A stretch of 64,000 bases of DNA from Eledone cirrhosa (taxonomy: Eukaryota). Of this stretch, positions 13,242 through 23,789 are shown in pieces. The first letter of the stretch is position 1; each line of letters starts with the position of its first letter. Where the stretch lies: NCBI GenBank assembly GCA_964016885.1, contig OZ024752.1:8246001-8310000 (forward strand), written 5' to 3'. The notes under the pieces are model-generated. The model made no database searches. It saw only the letters and a program-made list of their open reading frames with translations, and was not told the DNA's origin. A program made the position numbers and the translations under genes.

Positions 13242-13999
13242 AGTAGGAGCTGATATCTAATGTGTAGTAGAAATAAATGTCTCTCTGATAAAAGTGTGAA
13301 AACCTCTTGAGTGTTCCTCATATCCACAGAACAATATTTGTAATGAAGTAGAAGCTGGTGTGTAAAGTAAACGTGCGTTTAATAAACAGAACGGTCTTAT
13401 TTCTACAAGAATCATACTTAATATGATCGGTATGTCTAAAGATTAGCAAGATGGCAACTGTAAAAACAGCTTCAAAATAACAAAAAAATCAAAAACAAAA
13501 GACGGTATGAAATATAGTTGGTAAAACTTCTTCAAGATAAAAGGTTTTAACAGGAACTGATATTGTTTGAAGAAATATATAGGTCGGCCATATTGTGTTT
13601 CAAATAAAACTAATTCTATCTCCTCCATGTTATTATTTGATAACATGAAACATGTATAAATTCTTTTCATGTTAAACCTGATATTATCTTGCAGTAATTG
13701 TGTTAGACCGCGGCTTAATTCACTGTAGTACTTTAACAACCATTTACCAGAACATCACTCATTCTTTATCTAACAAACATTCTTTCAATGTCACTCTTTC
13801 GTTGTAGTTTAGACAATCCCTGATGACATAACCAAATACATCATCCATTACATATACAAAACTCCAAGCTATAATTAGGATTACTAAATATCACAGTTCC
13901 ACATGAGATGACTGTAAATATTTCCTTTTCCACAGACTTTTTGATGAGGCTAACACATTAAATAGACTGCTGATATTTAAAACTGCACTTTACATTACC

Positions 14000-14668
14000 T
14001 GCTGTGTACCTGGTTTAGAATAGGTACAGGGTACACCTTAACCCTGCTGTGTACTTAGTTTAGAATAGTACAGGGTACACCTTATCTCTGGGGTGTGTAT
14101 CTGGTTTAGAATAGGTACAGAGTACACCTTATCTCTGGGGTGTGTACCTGGTTTAGAATAGGTACAGGGTACACTATATCTCTGCTGTGTGCATCTGGTG
14201 TTGTGTTCTTGAGCAATTTCATGTTGCTCCAGCATACTCAGCTAAAAATGAGTACCTGTAGTAGCTGAGGGTTTAACCCAGCCATGGACTGGAGTCCTGT
14301 CCAGGGGTAAGTCTCGTACTCTCAGTCGCTTCACACAACGGAAGCTGGAATAAGCACCGGCCTGATAAGACTCTGGGATCAGACTTTAGACTTACCATAT
14401 TATAATGTTTAGCCCACTCTGTTTATAATGTTCAGTAGATTCTATTTAGATACTAATGACAGGAGTAAGTTTATATATTTGTTACTACTCCTGACTTATT
14501 ATTTTTTCATATTGTCTGCTGTCTGTACCTGGTTTAGAATAGGTACAGGGTACACCTTATCCCTGGGGTGTACCTGGTTTAGAATAGGTACAGGGTACAC
14601 CTTATCCCTGCTGTGTACCAGGTTTAGAACAGGTACAGGGTACACCTTATCCCTGGAGTGCATCTGGT
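14000..14668. repeat. About 45-bp minisatellite in two clusters (14000-14199 and 14515-14668)
   Basis: Unit TGTACCTGGTTTAGAATAGGTACAGGGTACACCTTATCCCTGGGG. Confidence 0.85.
14200..14393 (+). mobile_element. Headless SINE body (possibly Meta/MESC-like central domain)
   Basis: GTTGTGTTCTTGAGCAA, CTCAGCTAAAAATGAGTACC and ATGGACTGGAGTCCTGTCCAGGGG...TCGCTTCA resemble conserved metazoan SINE cores. The domain name is from recall. Confidence 0.55.
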
Positions 14669-15180
14669 GAAAACCAACTCTGGTTTTATGAAATAAATCC
14701 ATCCATTTTAAAGGTTTTCAGTTTAAATTAAAATCTTCCAACATAATTTTATATAAGAACCTTACATTCATTTACTATCTTAGTAATGAAATAATTAATA
14801 ATTTTACTAAATTCCTTAAAATTCTTCATTAATTAATTAAAATAGAGTGTATTTCATTAGAAATGTGGTGATGAAAGGGTTAAGTTACTATCTTGGTAAT
14901 GAAATAATCAATAATTTTAGTAAATCACTCAAAACTCTTCATTAATTAATTAAAAACGACAGTATTTCATTAGAAGTGCAGTCATGAAAGGGTTAATAAT
15001 GAAATAATTAATAACTTTAGTAAATCCCTTCAAATTCTTTTCTTCATTGAATGAAATACAATGTATTTCATTAGAAATATGGTCACGGAAGAATTAGAAC
15101 AAAGCTAAGGATATATTGGTTAAGTTAATCCTCCATATTATATTCAGGACTACAAGATACAGCTGTCACTCTCAAGTCAT

Positions 15181-15311
15181 TTCTTCTTCTTCTTCTTCTT
15201 CTTCTTCTTCTCCTCCTCCTCCTTCACCTACTTATTCCTGAGAGGGTCATGGGGACAGTCCTCAAACACTCCTTCCACCAGGTCCTGTCAGAAGCAACTG
15301 TCTCCAACTGT
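15181..15311 (-). mobile_element. 3' end of Rex3/Expander-like RTE with (GAA/GGA)n tail
   Basis: The reverse complement nearly matches 55224-55308 (CAGTTGGAGAC...CTCTCAGGAATAAGT). Confidence 0.75.
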
Positions 15312-15354
15312 GATCTCTCAATTTGGAGAAGTAGCGGCTCTACCTGGAGTCATC

Positions 15355-17032
15355 CTGTGACAATTTGGCCATTTTGTGACTATTTGGTCATCCATCTGGC
15401 CATAATATGACCATTTGGTCATCCATCTGGCCATTTTGTGACCATTTGGTCATCCATCTGGCCATACTGTGACCAGTTGGTCATCCATCTGGCCATTTTG
15501 TGACCATTTGGTCATCCATCTGGCCATAATATGACCATTTGGTCATCCATCTGGCCATTTTGTGACTATTTGGTCATCCATCTGGCCATTTTGTGACTAT
15601 TTGGTCATCCATCTGGCCATAATGTGACCATTTGGTCATCCATCTGGCCATACTGTGACCAGTTGGTCATCCATCTGGCCATTTTGTGACTATTTGGTCA
15701 TCCATCTGGCCATTTTGTGACCATTTGGTCATCTATCTGGCCATAATATGACCATTTGGTCATCCATCTGGCCATTTTGTGACTATTTGGTCATCCATCT
15801 GGCCATACTGTGACTATTTGGTCATCCATCTGGCCATACTGTGACCATTTGGTCATCCATCTGGCCATACTGTGACCATTTGGTCATCCATCTGGCCATA
15901 CTGTGACCATTTGGTCATCCATCTGGCCATACTGTGACCATTTGGTCATCCATCTGGCCATACTGTGACTATTTGGTCATCCATCTGGCCATACTGTGAC
16001 CATTTGGTCATCCATCTGGCCATACTGTGACCATTTGGTCATCCATCTGGCCATACTGTGACCATTTGGTCATCCATCTGGCCATACTGTGACCATTTGG
16101 TCATCCATCTGGCCATACTGTGACCATTTGGTCATCCATCTGGCCATACTGTGACCAATTGGTCATCCATCTGGCCATACTGTGACCAATTGGTCATCCA
16201 TCTGGCCATACTGTGACCATTTGGTCATCCATCTGGCCATACTGTGACCAGTTGGTCATCCATCTGGCCATAATATGACCATTTGGTCATCCATCTGGCC
16301 ATACTGTGACCATTTGGTCATCCATCTGGCCATACTGTGACCATTTGGTCATCCATCTGGCCATACTGTGACCAATTGGTCATCCATCTGGCCATACTGT
16401 GACCAATTGGTCATCCATCTGGCCATACTGTGACCATTTGGTCATCCATCTGGCCATACTGTGACTATTTGGTCATCCATCTGGCCATACTGTGACCATT
16501 TGGTCATCCATCTGGCCATACTGTGACCATTTGGTCATCCATCTGGCCATACTGTGACCAATTGGTCATCCATCTGGCCATACTGTGACCAATTGGTCAT
16601 CCATCTGGCCATACTGTGACCAATTGGTCATCCATCTGGCCATACTGTGACCATTTGGTCATCCATCTGGCCATACTGTGACCATTTGGTCATCCATCTG
16701 GCCATACTGTGACCAATTGGTCATCCATCTGGCCATACTGTGACCAATTGGTCATCCATCTGGCCATACTGTGACCATTTGGTCATCCATCTGGCCATAC
16801 TGTGACCAGTTGGTCATCCATCTGGCCATAATATGACCATTTGGTCATCCATCTGGCCATACTGTGACCATTTGGTCATCCATCTGGCCATACTGTGACC
16901 ATTTGGTCATCCATCTGGCCATACTGTGACCAATTGGTCATCCATCTGGCCATACTGTGACCATTTGGTCATCCATCTGGCCATACTGTGACCAGTTGGT
17001 CATCCATCTGGCCATACTGTTACCATTTGGTG
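15355..17032. repeat. 31-bp minisatellite (about 54 copies) with internal palindrome
   Basis: Unit GTGACCATTTGGTCATCCATCTGGCCATACT. Confidence 0.97.
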
Positions 17033-17111
17033 TTTTATATCAATATAATCTGAATTTTTCTATTCTCTTTGGTTGCATTGGTCTTTGATTTTCACCCTAT
17101 AGAATACATGT

Positions 17112-17280
17112 GGAGGCATATGGCTTAGTGGTTAGAGCATTTGGCTTGCAATGGAAAGGTTGTGAGTTCAATTCTCGGACCGGGTGATGTGTTGTTTCTT
17201 TGTGCAAGACACTTTATTTCATATTGCTCCAGTTTACTCAGCTGTAGCAATGAGATGATAGGACTGGGGTCCCTATCATT
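17112..17280 (+). mobile_element. tRNA-derived SINE (family B), 5' part
   Basis: A box TGGCTTAGTGG, B box GTTCAATTC, then core TTGTGCAAGACACTTTATTTC. Same family as 48184-48502. Confidence 0.85.
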
Positions 17281-17337
17281 AAATTACCCAAGACACCTCT
17301 AACGAGATATACCTTGGAGGAGGCCAGCTAAACCTGC

Positions 17338-17748
17338 ATAGGTGTGAGCTGTCACACACACACACACGCACATAGGTGTGAGCTGTCACACACACACACA
17401 CACACAGGTGTGAGCTGTCACACACACACACACACATAGGTGTGAACTGTCACACACACACACACATAGGTGTGAACTGTCACACACACACACACACACA
17501 TAGGTGTGAGCAGGCACACATACACATATAGGTGTGAGCTGTCACACACAGACACAGGTGTGGGCTGTCACACACGCACACACACATAGGTGTGAGCTGT
17601 CACACACACAGACACATAGGTGTGAGCTGTCACACACACACACACATAGGTGTGAGCTGTCACACACACATAGGTGCGGGCTGTCACACACACACACACA
17701 CACAGGTATGGGCTGTCACATACACACAGGTGTGAGCTGTCACACACT
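17338..17748. repeat. Compound minisatellite AGGTGTGAGCTGT(CA)n
   Basis: Repeated 13-bp motif separated by variable CA tracts. Confidence 0.9.
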
Positions 17749-17877
17749 ATAGAATACAGGAGGTTTCTAGGTGGTTGCTCGAATTGCTAGAAACATCAAC
17801 CAACATCCCTCAAAATAATACACTATTGCTTTAAAAAAAAAGTATATATTGGAAAATATGCTCATATATATGTTTTT

Positions 17878-18783
17878 AGTATGGCATAGTGCCGTAACTC
17901 CTGATAGAGTCGTAGGGGCCTCATATTGACATACAGTGTTTCTTGGTAGTATGGTATGGTGCCGTAACCCCTGATAGAGTCGTAGGGGCCTCATATTGAC
18001 ATACAGTGTTTCTTGGTAGTATGGTATGGTGCCGTAACCCCTGATAGAGTCGTAGGGTCCCCATATTGACATACAGTGTTTCTTGGTAGTATGGTATGGT
18101 GCCGTAACCCCTGATAGAGTCGTAGGGTCCCCATATTGACATACAGTGTTTCTTGGTAGTATGGTATGGTGCCGTAACTCCTGATAGAGTCGTAGGGGCC
18201 CCATATTGACATACAGTGTTTCTTGGTAGTATGGTATGGTGCCGTAACCCCTGATAGAGTCATAGGGTCCCCATATTGACATACAGTGTTTCTTGGTAGT
18301 ATGGTATGGTGCCATAACTCCTGATAGAGTCGTAGGGGCCTCATATTGACATACAGTGTTTCTTGGTAGTATGGTATGGTGCCGTAACTCCTGATAGAGT
18401 CGTAGGGGCCCCATATTGACATACAGTGTTTCTTGGTAGTATGGTATGGTGCCGTAACCCCTGATAGAGTCATAGGGTCCCCATATTGACATACAGTGTT
18501 TCTTGGTAGTATGGTATGGTGCCGTAACCCCTGATAGAGTCGTAGGGGCCCCGTATTGACATACAGTGTTTCTTGGTAGTATGGTATGGTGCCGTAACCC
18601 CTGATAGAGTCGTAGGGGCCCCGTATTGACATAGTGTTTCTTGGTAGTATGGTATGGTGCCATAACCCCTGATAGAGTCATAGGGGCCCCGTATTGACAT
18701 ACAGTGTTTCTTGGTAGTATGGTATGGTGCCATAACCCCTGATAGAGTCATAGGGGCCCCGTATTGACATACAGTGTTTCTTG
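17878..18783. repeat. 70-bp tandem array (about 13 copies)
   Basis: TCTTGGTAGT recurs every 70 bp (17941, 18011, 18081 and on). Confidence 0.97.
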
Positions 18784-18881
18784 GGCATTTGAAGCCTGGT
18801 GGAGCCTATCCCCCAGAGAGCTGGTAGAGACACCACAAAGCATTCTATCACTGTTCTAACAACTCTGACAATTCTGCCTTG

Positions 18882-18940
<59 letters not shown>

Positions 18941-18981
18941 TTCAAAATATTAACAAATATAGACATTCAAGTGATCAAGTA

Positions 18982-19047
18982 TATTTTATTATACATATTT
19001 CAGAGATACTGCACTATTTCAACAGTACGTCCTCATCAGATAAAATA
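18982..19047 (-). ncRNA. Putative minimal type-I hammerhead ribozyme
   Basis: Minus strand: TATTTTAT-CTGATGA-[GGACGTACTGT...GCAGTATCTCT stem II]-GAAA-TATGT-ATA-ATAAAATA. Stem I is 8 bp, the core is intact, and the NUH triplet is AUA. Confidence 0.65.
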
Positions 19048-19162
19048 AGTTGATGCTTGACATGCCTTGACTATGTTGATAGTTAAAATTCAGTCATGGC
19101 TTTTAATCTATTGTGAAACTTTATTCATTGATTTATTAACTGAACCTTGTTTAACCTTTAAT

Positions 19163-19200
<38 letters not shown>

Positions 19201-19242
19201 AAAGAAGAGTAACATGGTTGGCTGTACAATAAGGGCTTTATT

Positions 19243-19360
19243 CACAGTGCTGACAATTGTTTCGTTGATCTGGTGGGTTTAGAGTTCGCTAATCGCTTGA
19301 TGCTGCGTCAATCGATCTCCAATACTTTGTTTACAACCAGTCAATACATCAGAGCAAGTG
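19243..19360 (-). ncRNA. Degenerate type-I hammerhead with long stem II
   Basis: Minus strand: TGCT-CTGATGT-[ATTGACTGGT...ACCAGATCAAC]-GAAAC-AATT-GTC-AGCA. Stem III is palindromic (ACAATTGT). Core A9 is replaced by T. Confidence 0.5.
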
Positions 19361-19887
19361 GATATGAGAATAATACGCAAAGCATGGCTTTTATAGAATT
19401 ATTATTACTCCAAGTATAACCTGCATAGAAATTACCGCGAACTCGCTGCATCACCATGGAAGCGTCTTGTTGAGTCAAACTAAGCCACACGTTAAAACCA
19501 TCCACAAGATGGAGTACTCTAACTGGACTACCTCTAAGTGGATTACCTATAACGATAACTTGTTATCCCATATATATATATATATATATATATACACAAT
19601 ATCTAAAAATAAAAAAAAAATAGAAAAAAAAAGAAAAAGAAAAAAAGGCAATATAGAACAACTTTGATCATAGATCAGCTTATTGAGGACTTGGGTGGCC
19701 TGGGGCTAAATAAAAACATTAACAGTTGATTTAGCTGTAGAAGAGTTGGAATCTTTAGAATCTGGTAATTGCTTCTATATTCAATATATTGATTATTGAT
19801 ATTGACAGTGACAACTGGCTTTTGTTGTTGTTTTTCTCATTGCCTTCCAGAAAACTAAACATCTACCGTTACTGTATCAAGACTGAA

Positions 19888-20083
19888 GGGGTGGTGGATT
19901 GGCAGTATCGGTAGAGGGTCGGGCACCATGCTTTGACGCATAGAGTTACGGCCCTTGCCATTCTCAGTTCAAATCCACCCCAGGTTAACTTTGCTTTTCA
20001 TCCTTACCTTACGGGGTCGATAAAATAAAGTATCAGTAATGTACTGGGTAATTGCTGGCCTTGTGCCAAAAGTAGAAACAATT
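19888..20083 (+). mobile_element. tRNA-derived SINE (family A)
   Basis: Head GGTGGTGGATTGGCAGTATCGGTAGAG, B box GTTCAAATCC, core GGGGTCGATAAAATAAAGTA. Imperfect TSD TTACTGTATCAAGACTG / TTATTGTATCAAGAGTG. Confidence 0.85.
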
Positions 20084-20085
20084 AT

Positions 20086-21242
20086 TGTATCAAGAGTGTA
20101 CGTCACACCATCTACCACTGTATCAAGACTACGTCACTCCATCTACCATTGTATCAAGACTACGTCACTCCATCTACCATTGTATCAAGACTACGTCACA
20201 CCATCTACCATTGTATCAAGACTGTATGTCACACCATCTACCACTGTATCAAGACTATGTCACACCATCTACCATTGTATCAAGACTATGTCACACCATC
20301 TACCACTGTATCAAGACTGTATGTCACACCATCTACCACTGTATCAAGACTGTATGTCACACCATCTACCACTGTATCAAGGCTACGTCACACCATCTAC
20401 CATTGTATCAAGACTGTACGTCACACCATCTACCACTGTATCAAGACTATGTCACACCATCTACCATTGTATCAAGACTACGTCACACCATCTACCACTG
20501 TATCAAGACTATGTCACACCATCTACCACTGTATCAAGACTATGTCACACCATCTACTATTCTATCAAGACTACGTCACACCATCTACCATTGTATCAAG
20601 ACTACGTCACACCATCTACCACTGTATCAAGACTGTATGTCACACCATCTACCACTGTATCAAGACTACGTCACACCATCTACCACTGTATCAAGACTAT
20701 GTCACACCATCTACCACTGTATCAAGACTACGTCACACCATCTACCATTGTATCAAGATTATGTCACACCATCTAGCACTGTATCAAGACTATGTCACAC
20801 CATCTAGCACTGTATCAAGACTATGTCACACCATCTACCACTGTATCAAGACTATGTCACACCATCTAGCACTGTATCAAGACTATGTCACACCATCTAC
20901 CACTGTATCAAGACTATGTCACACCATCTACCATTGTATCAAGACTATGTCACACCATCTACCACTGTATCAAGACTACGTCACATCATCTACCACTGTA
21001 TCAAGACTATGTCACACCATCTACCACTGAATAAAGACTACGTCACACCATCTACCATTGTATCAAGTCTATGTCACACTGTCTACCATACCATCATATC
21101 AAGACTACGTCACACTATCTACCATTGTATCAAGACTACGTCACACCATCTACCATTGTATCAAGGCTACGTCACACCATCTACCACTGTATCAAGACTA
21201 CGTCACACCATCTACCACAGTATCAAGACTGTATGTCACACC
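20086..21242. repeat. 31/33-bp minisatellite (about 37 copies)
   Basis: Unit TGTATCAAGACTATGTCACACCATCTACCAC. Confidence 0.97.
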
Positions 21243-21653
21243 AAAGGTATTGATGTACGATAAAGTATCTTTTCTTGGTTTTTTCTTAGGTTAAAAAATG
21301 GACTCTTCTGGAAGAAGTTATTAATTCTGTTTCTCTTTAAATTTGATTGAAGTAAACTTCTGTCACTTTCACCTTCCCTGCTTATTAAGTTTGGTGATTA
21401 TTTTGTTAATGAAGTTTGATAATCAATTACAGCTAAGCTATTGATCTATGGTGATTGGAAAGAAACAGTGTTAGGTTATTTGTTAACCTAAATTTACTCC
21501 TAATCAAATAGATCTATAATAGTTTCATTTGTTGGCTACAAGGGCCGAAAATAGACCTATAATGAAAAGAGTCCCAGTTGTAACCATGCTGTTTTATTTT
21601 CCAGGTTAGTACACTTCAGTGTAGTCATTTTAGTACAGCCTACCATGTCTATT

Positions 21654-22070
21654 GAAGTCATCTGTAAGATAAGGTCTCTATCATCTGTTAAGACATCTGT
21701 AAGATGAGGTCTCTATCATCTGTAAGATGAGGTCTTTATCATCTGTTAGTAAAGTTATCTGTAAGATGAGGTCTCTACATCTGTTAGTGAAGACATCTGT
21801 AAGATGAGGTCTCTACATCTGTTAGTGAAGACATCTGTTGTTGAAGACATCTGTAAGATGAGGTCTTTACATCTGTTGTTGAAGACATCTATAAGATGAG
21901 GTCTTTACATCTCTTATTGAAGTCATCTGTAAGATGAGGTCTCTATTATCTGTTAGATAAGGTCTCTATTATCTGTTGTTGAAGTCATCTGTAAAATGAG
22001 GTCTTTACATCTGTTATTGAAGTCATCTGTAAGATGAGGTCTCTATCATCTGTTAAGTCATCTGTAAGAT
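21654..22070. repeat. Degenerate minisatellite
   Basis: Recurring CATCTGTAAGATGAGGTCTCTA and GAAGACATCTGT motifs. Confidence 0.85.
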
Positions 22071-22360
22071 GTCTTCATAGAAACAGTCTGTTCTCTACCT
22101 ATTCCTGTTTGTGGTATATACAAGGCAACAACTGTGTCATTCTCTCACTTGTCACTATTCTCAGCTTCATAATTCCCTCGTTATTCTCATTACCTCAATT
22201 ACTTTCTCTATCAACTTCTTAGCAAGTAAAATGTCTACTCCACTGACCTCATTATCATTTCCTACCCAGAAGAACTTGTCTCTAAACTGTTTGTCTTTGA
22301 GAGGTTTGGTTGATACACCCCTACCACCACCCAATTTCACCTTCTGTACACTGCACACAT
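22070..22360 (-). pseudogene. Decayed RTE endonuclease fragment
   Basis: KFFWVGNDNEVSGVDILLAKKLIEKVIEVMRI aligns with KLFWVGNDNGLGGVGIMVAEKWADKIIDVNRV of ORF 6995. Confidence 0.8.
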
Positions 22361-22509
22361 GGATGGTCCCGTAACTTCTGATAGAGTCGAGGGGGTGTTG
22401 TATTAACATATGGCGTTTCTTGGGCATTTTAAACCTAGCAGAGACCATCCTTCTCCAGGCCTGAGTACAGCAGATTTCTTCCAGAGAAAGATAGAAAGTG
22501 AGAGAGAGG

Positions 22510-22673
22510 AAGAATCGACCCCAGTATTAAACTGGTACTTTTTTTATCAACCTCGAAAGGATAAAAGGCAAATTTGACCTGACCGGGATTTGAACTCCAA
22601 GAGCAGAGAGCCTGAATAAATACCATAAAGCAATCTATCCGACATTCTAACGACTCTACCAATTCACCACCCA
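22510..22673 (-). mobile_element. tRNA-derived SINE (family A-related)
   Basis: On the minus strand: GGTGGTGAATTGGTAGAGTCG head, GTTCAAATCC B box and TTTGCCTTTTATCC core. Confidence 0.7.
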
Positions 22674-22802
22674 ACTACACTGCACACAAACTGATTCTAA
22701 ATAAGATACACAGCTTCACCAGTTTTGATGATCCAGTTTAGTATATCTAAAAAAAAAAAAAGAAAACCACACCATTATCCTGTGTGTTCTTTTTATCTTT
22801 AA

Positions 22803-23212
22803 CCCTTTAGCATTTAAAACGGCCATATCTGGCCAAAATTCTCTCACTATATTCTGTTCAAACCTGCTGTAACCAGGCACTCACGCTGATATTAAAGTAT
22901 TGCTCTCAAAATAGAGATCAAAATCTCATAGATTCGATATTATGTAAGATAAAGTCTTTCCTGTGAAAATACAATAGTATATATAGAATAATTGTTTCTA
23001 CTTTTGGAACAAGGCCAGCAATTATCCCAGTGTATTACTGGTACTTTATTTTATCGACCCCTTAAGGATGAAAGGCAAAGTTAACCTCGGCAAGTTTTGA
23101 ACTCAGTCTGTAAAGGGACGTAACTGTGCTGCAAAGCATGGCGTCCGACCCTCTACCGATACTGCCAATCCACCGCCCTTAGTATATATAGAATAATGTA
23201 AATGCTAAAGGG
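22803..23212. mobile_element. piggyBac-like MITE containing a nested SINE
   Basis: TTAA at 22799-22802 and 23213-23216. Perfect 14-bp TIR CCCTTTAGCATTTA. Confidence 0.85.
22993..23179 (-). mobile_element. Full SINE (family A) with 18-bp TSD
   Basis: TSD TAGTATATATAGAATAAT at 22975-22992 and 23180-23197. Confidence 0.9.
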
Positions 23213-23447
23213 TTAAGAAGACAGAGGGTGATATGAGAGAGATTTGGCTGCTATGTCTAGCAAGGAAAGCTGCCACTTTAAACTTGATTGGAGTACACTT
23301 CTGTCATCATAACCTAAGCAGTTTATTAACATTGTAATAATGTTATTAATGAAGTTCAATAATCATTTAAAGCTAAGCTATTGATGTATGGTGATTGGAA
23401 AAAATATGTTTACCTCAAACAGACCTATAATGAAAGGGGTTCTACTC

Positions 23448-23744
23448 ATAACCATCACCATCATCACCATCATGACCATTATCATCATCATCATCATAAC
23501 CACCATCATCATCATCATCATCAACATCACCATCACCACCACCACCATCATCATCATCATTAAACTCACCACCACCATCAGCATCTTCATCAACATCACC
23601 ACCGCCAACAGCACAATCATCATCATTATTGCCATTATCGCCATTATCATCATCATCATCACCACCACTACCAACATCACCATCATCACCACTACCACTA
23701 CCACCAGCATCATCACGACGACCATCACCACCATCATCATCATC
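23448..23744. repeat. (CAT/CAC)n low-complexity tract (expanded retroposon tail)
   Basis: Imperfect trinucleotide run adjoining an RTE-type 3' end on the minus strand (TTTTCCATGCTGACATGGGTTAGA). Confidence 0.85.
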
Positions 23745-23789
23745 AATTTATATCTGCTTTTCCATGCTGACATGGGTTAGATGGATAAT

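Noticed and set aside
17112-17185. tRNA gene
   Set aside because: A and B boxes are present but continue into a SINE body, with no convincing cloverleaf.
23378-23780. Poly-His / poly-Met ORFs
   Set aside because: (CAT/CAC)n low-complexity tract.
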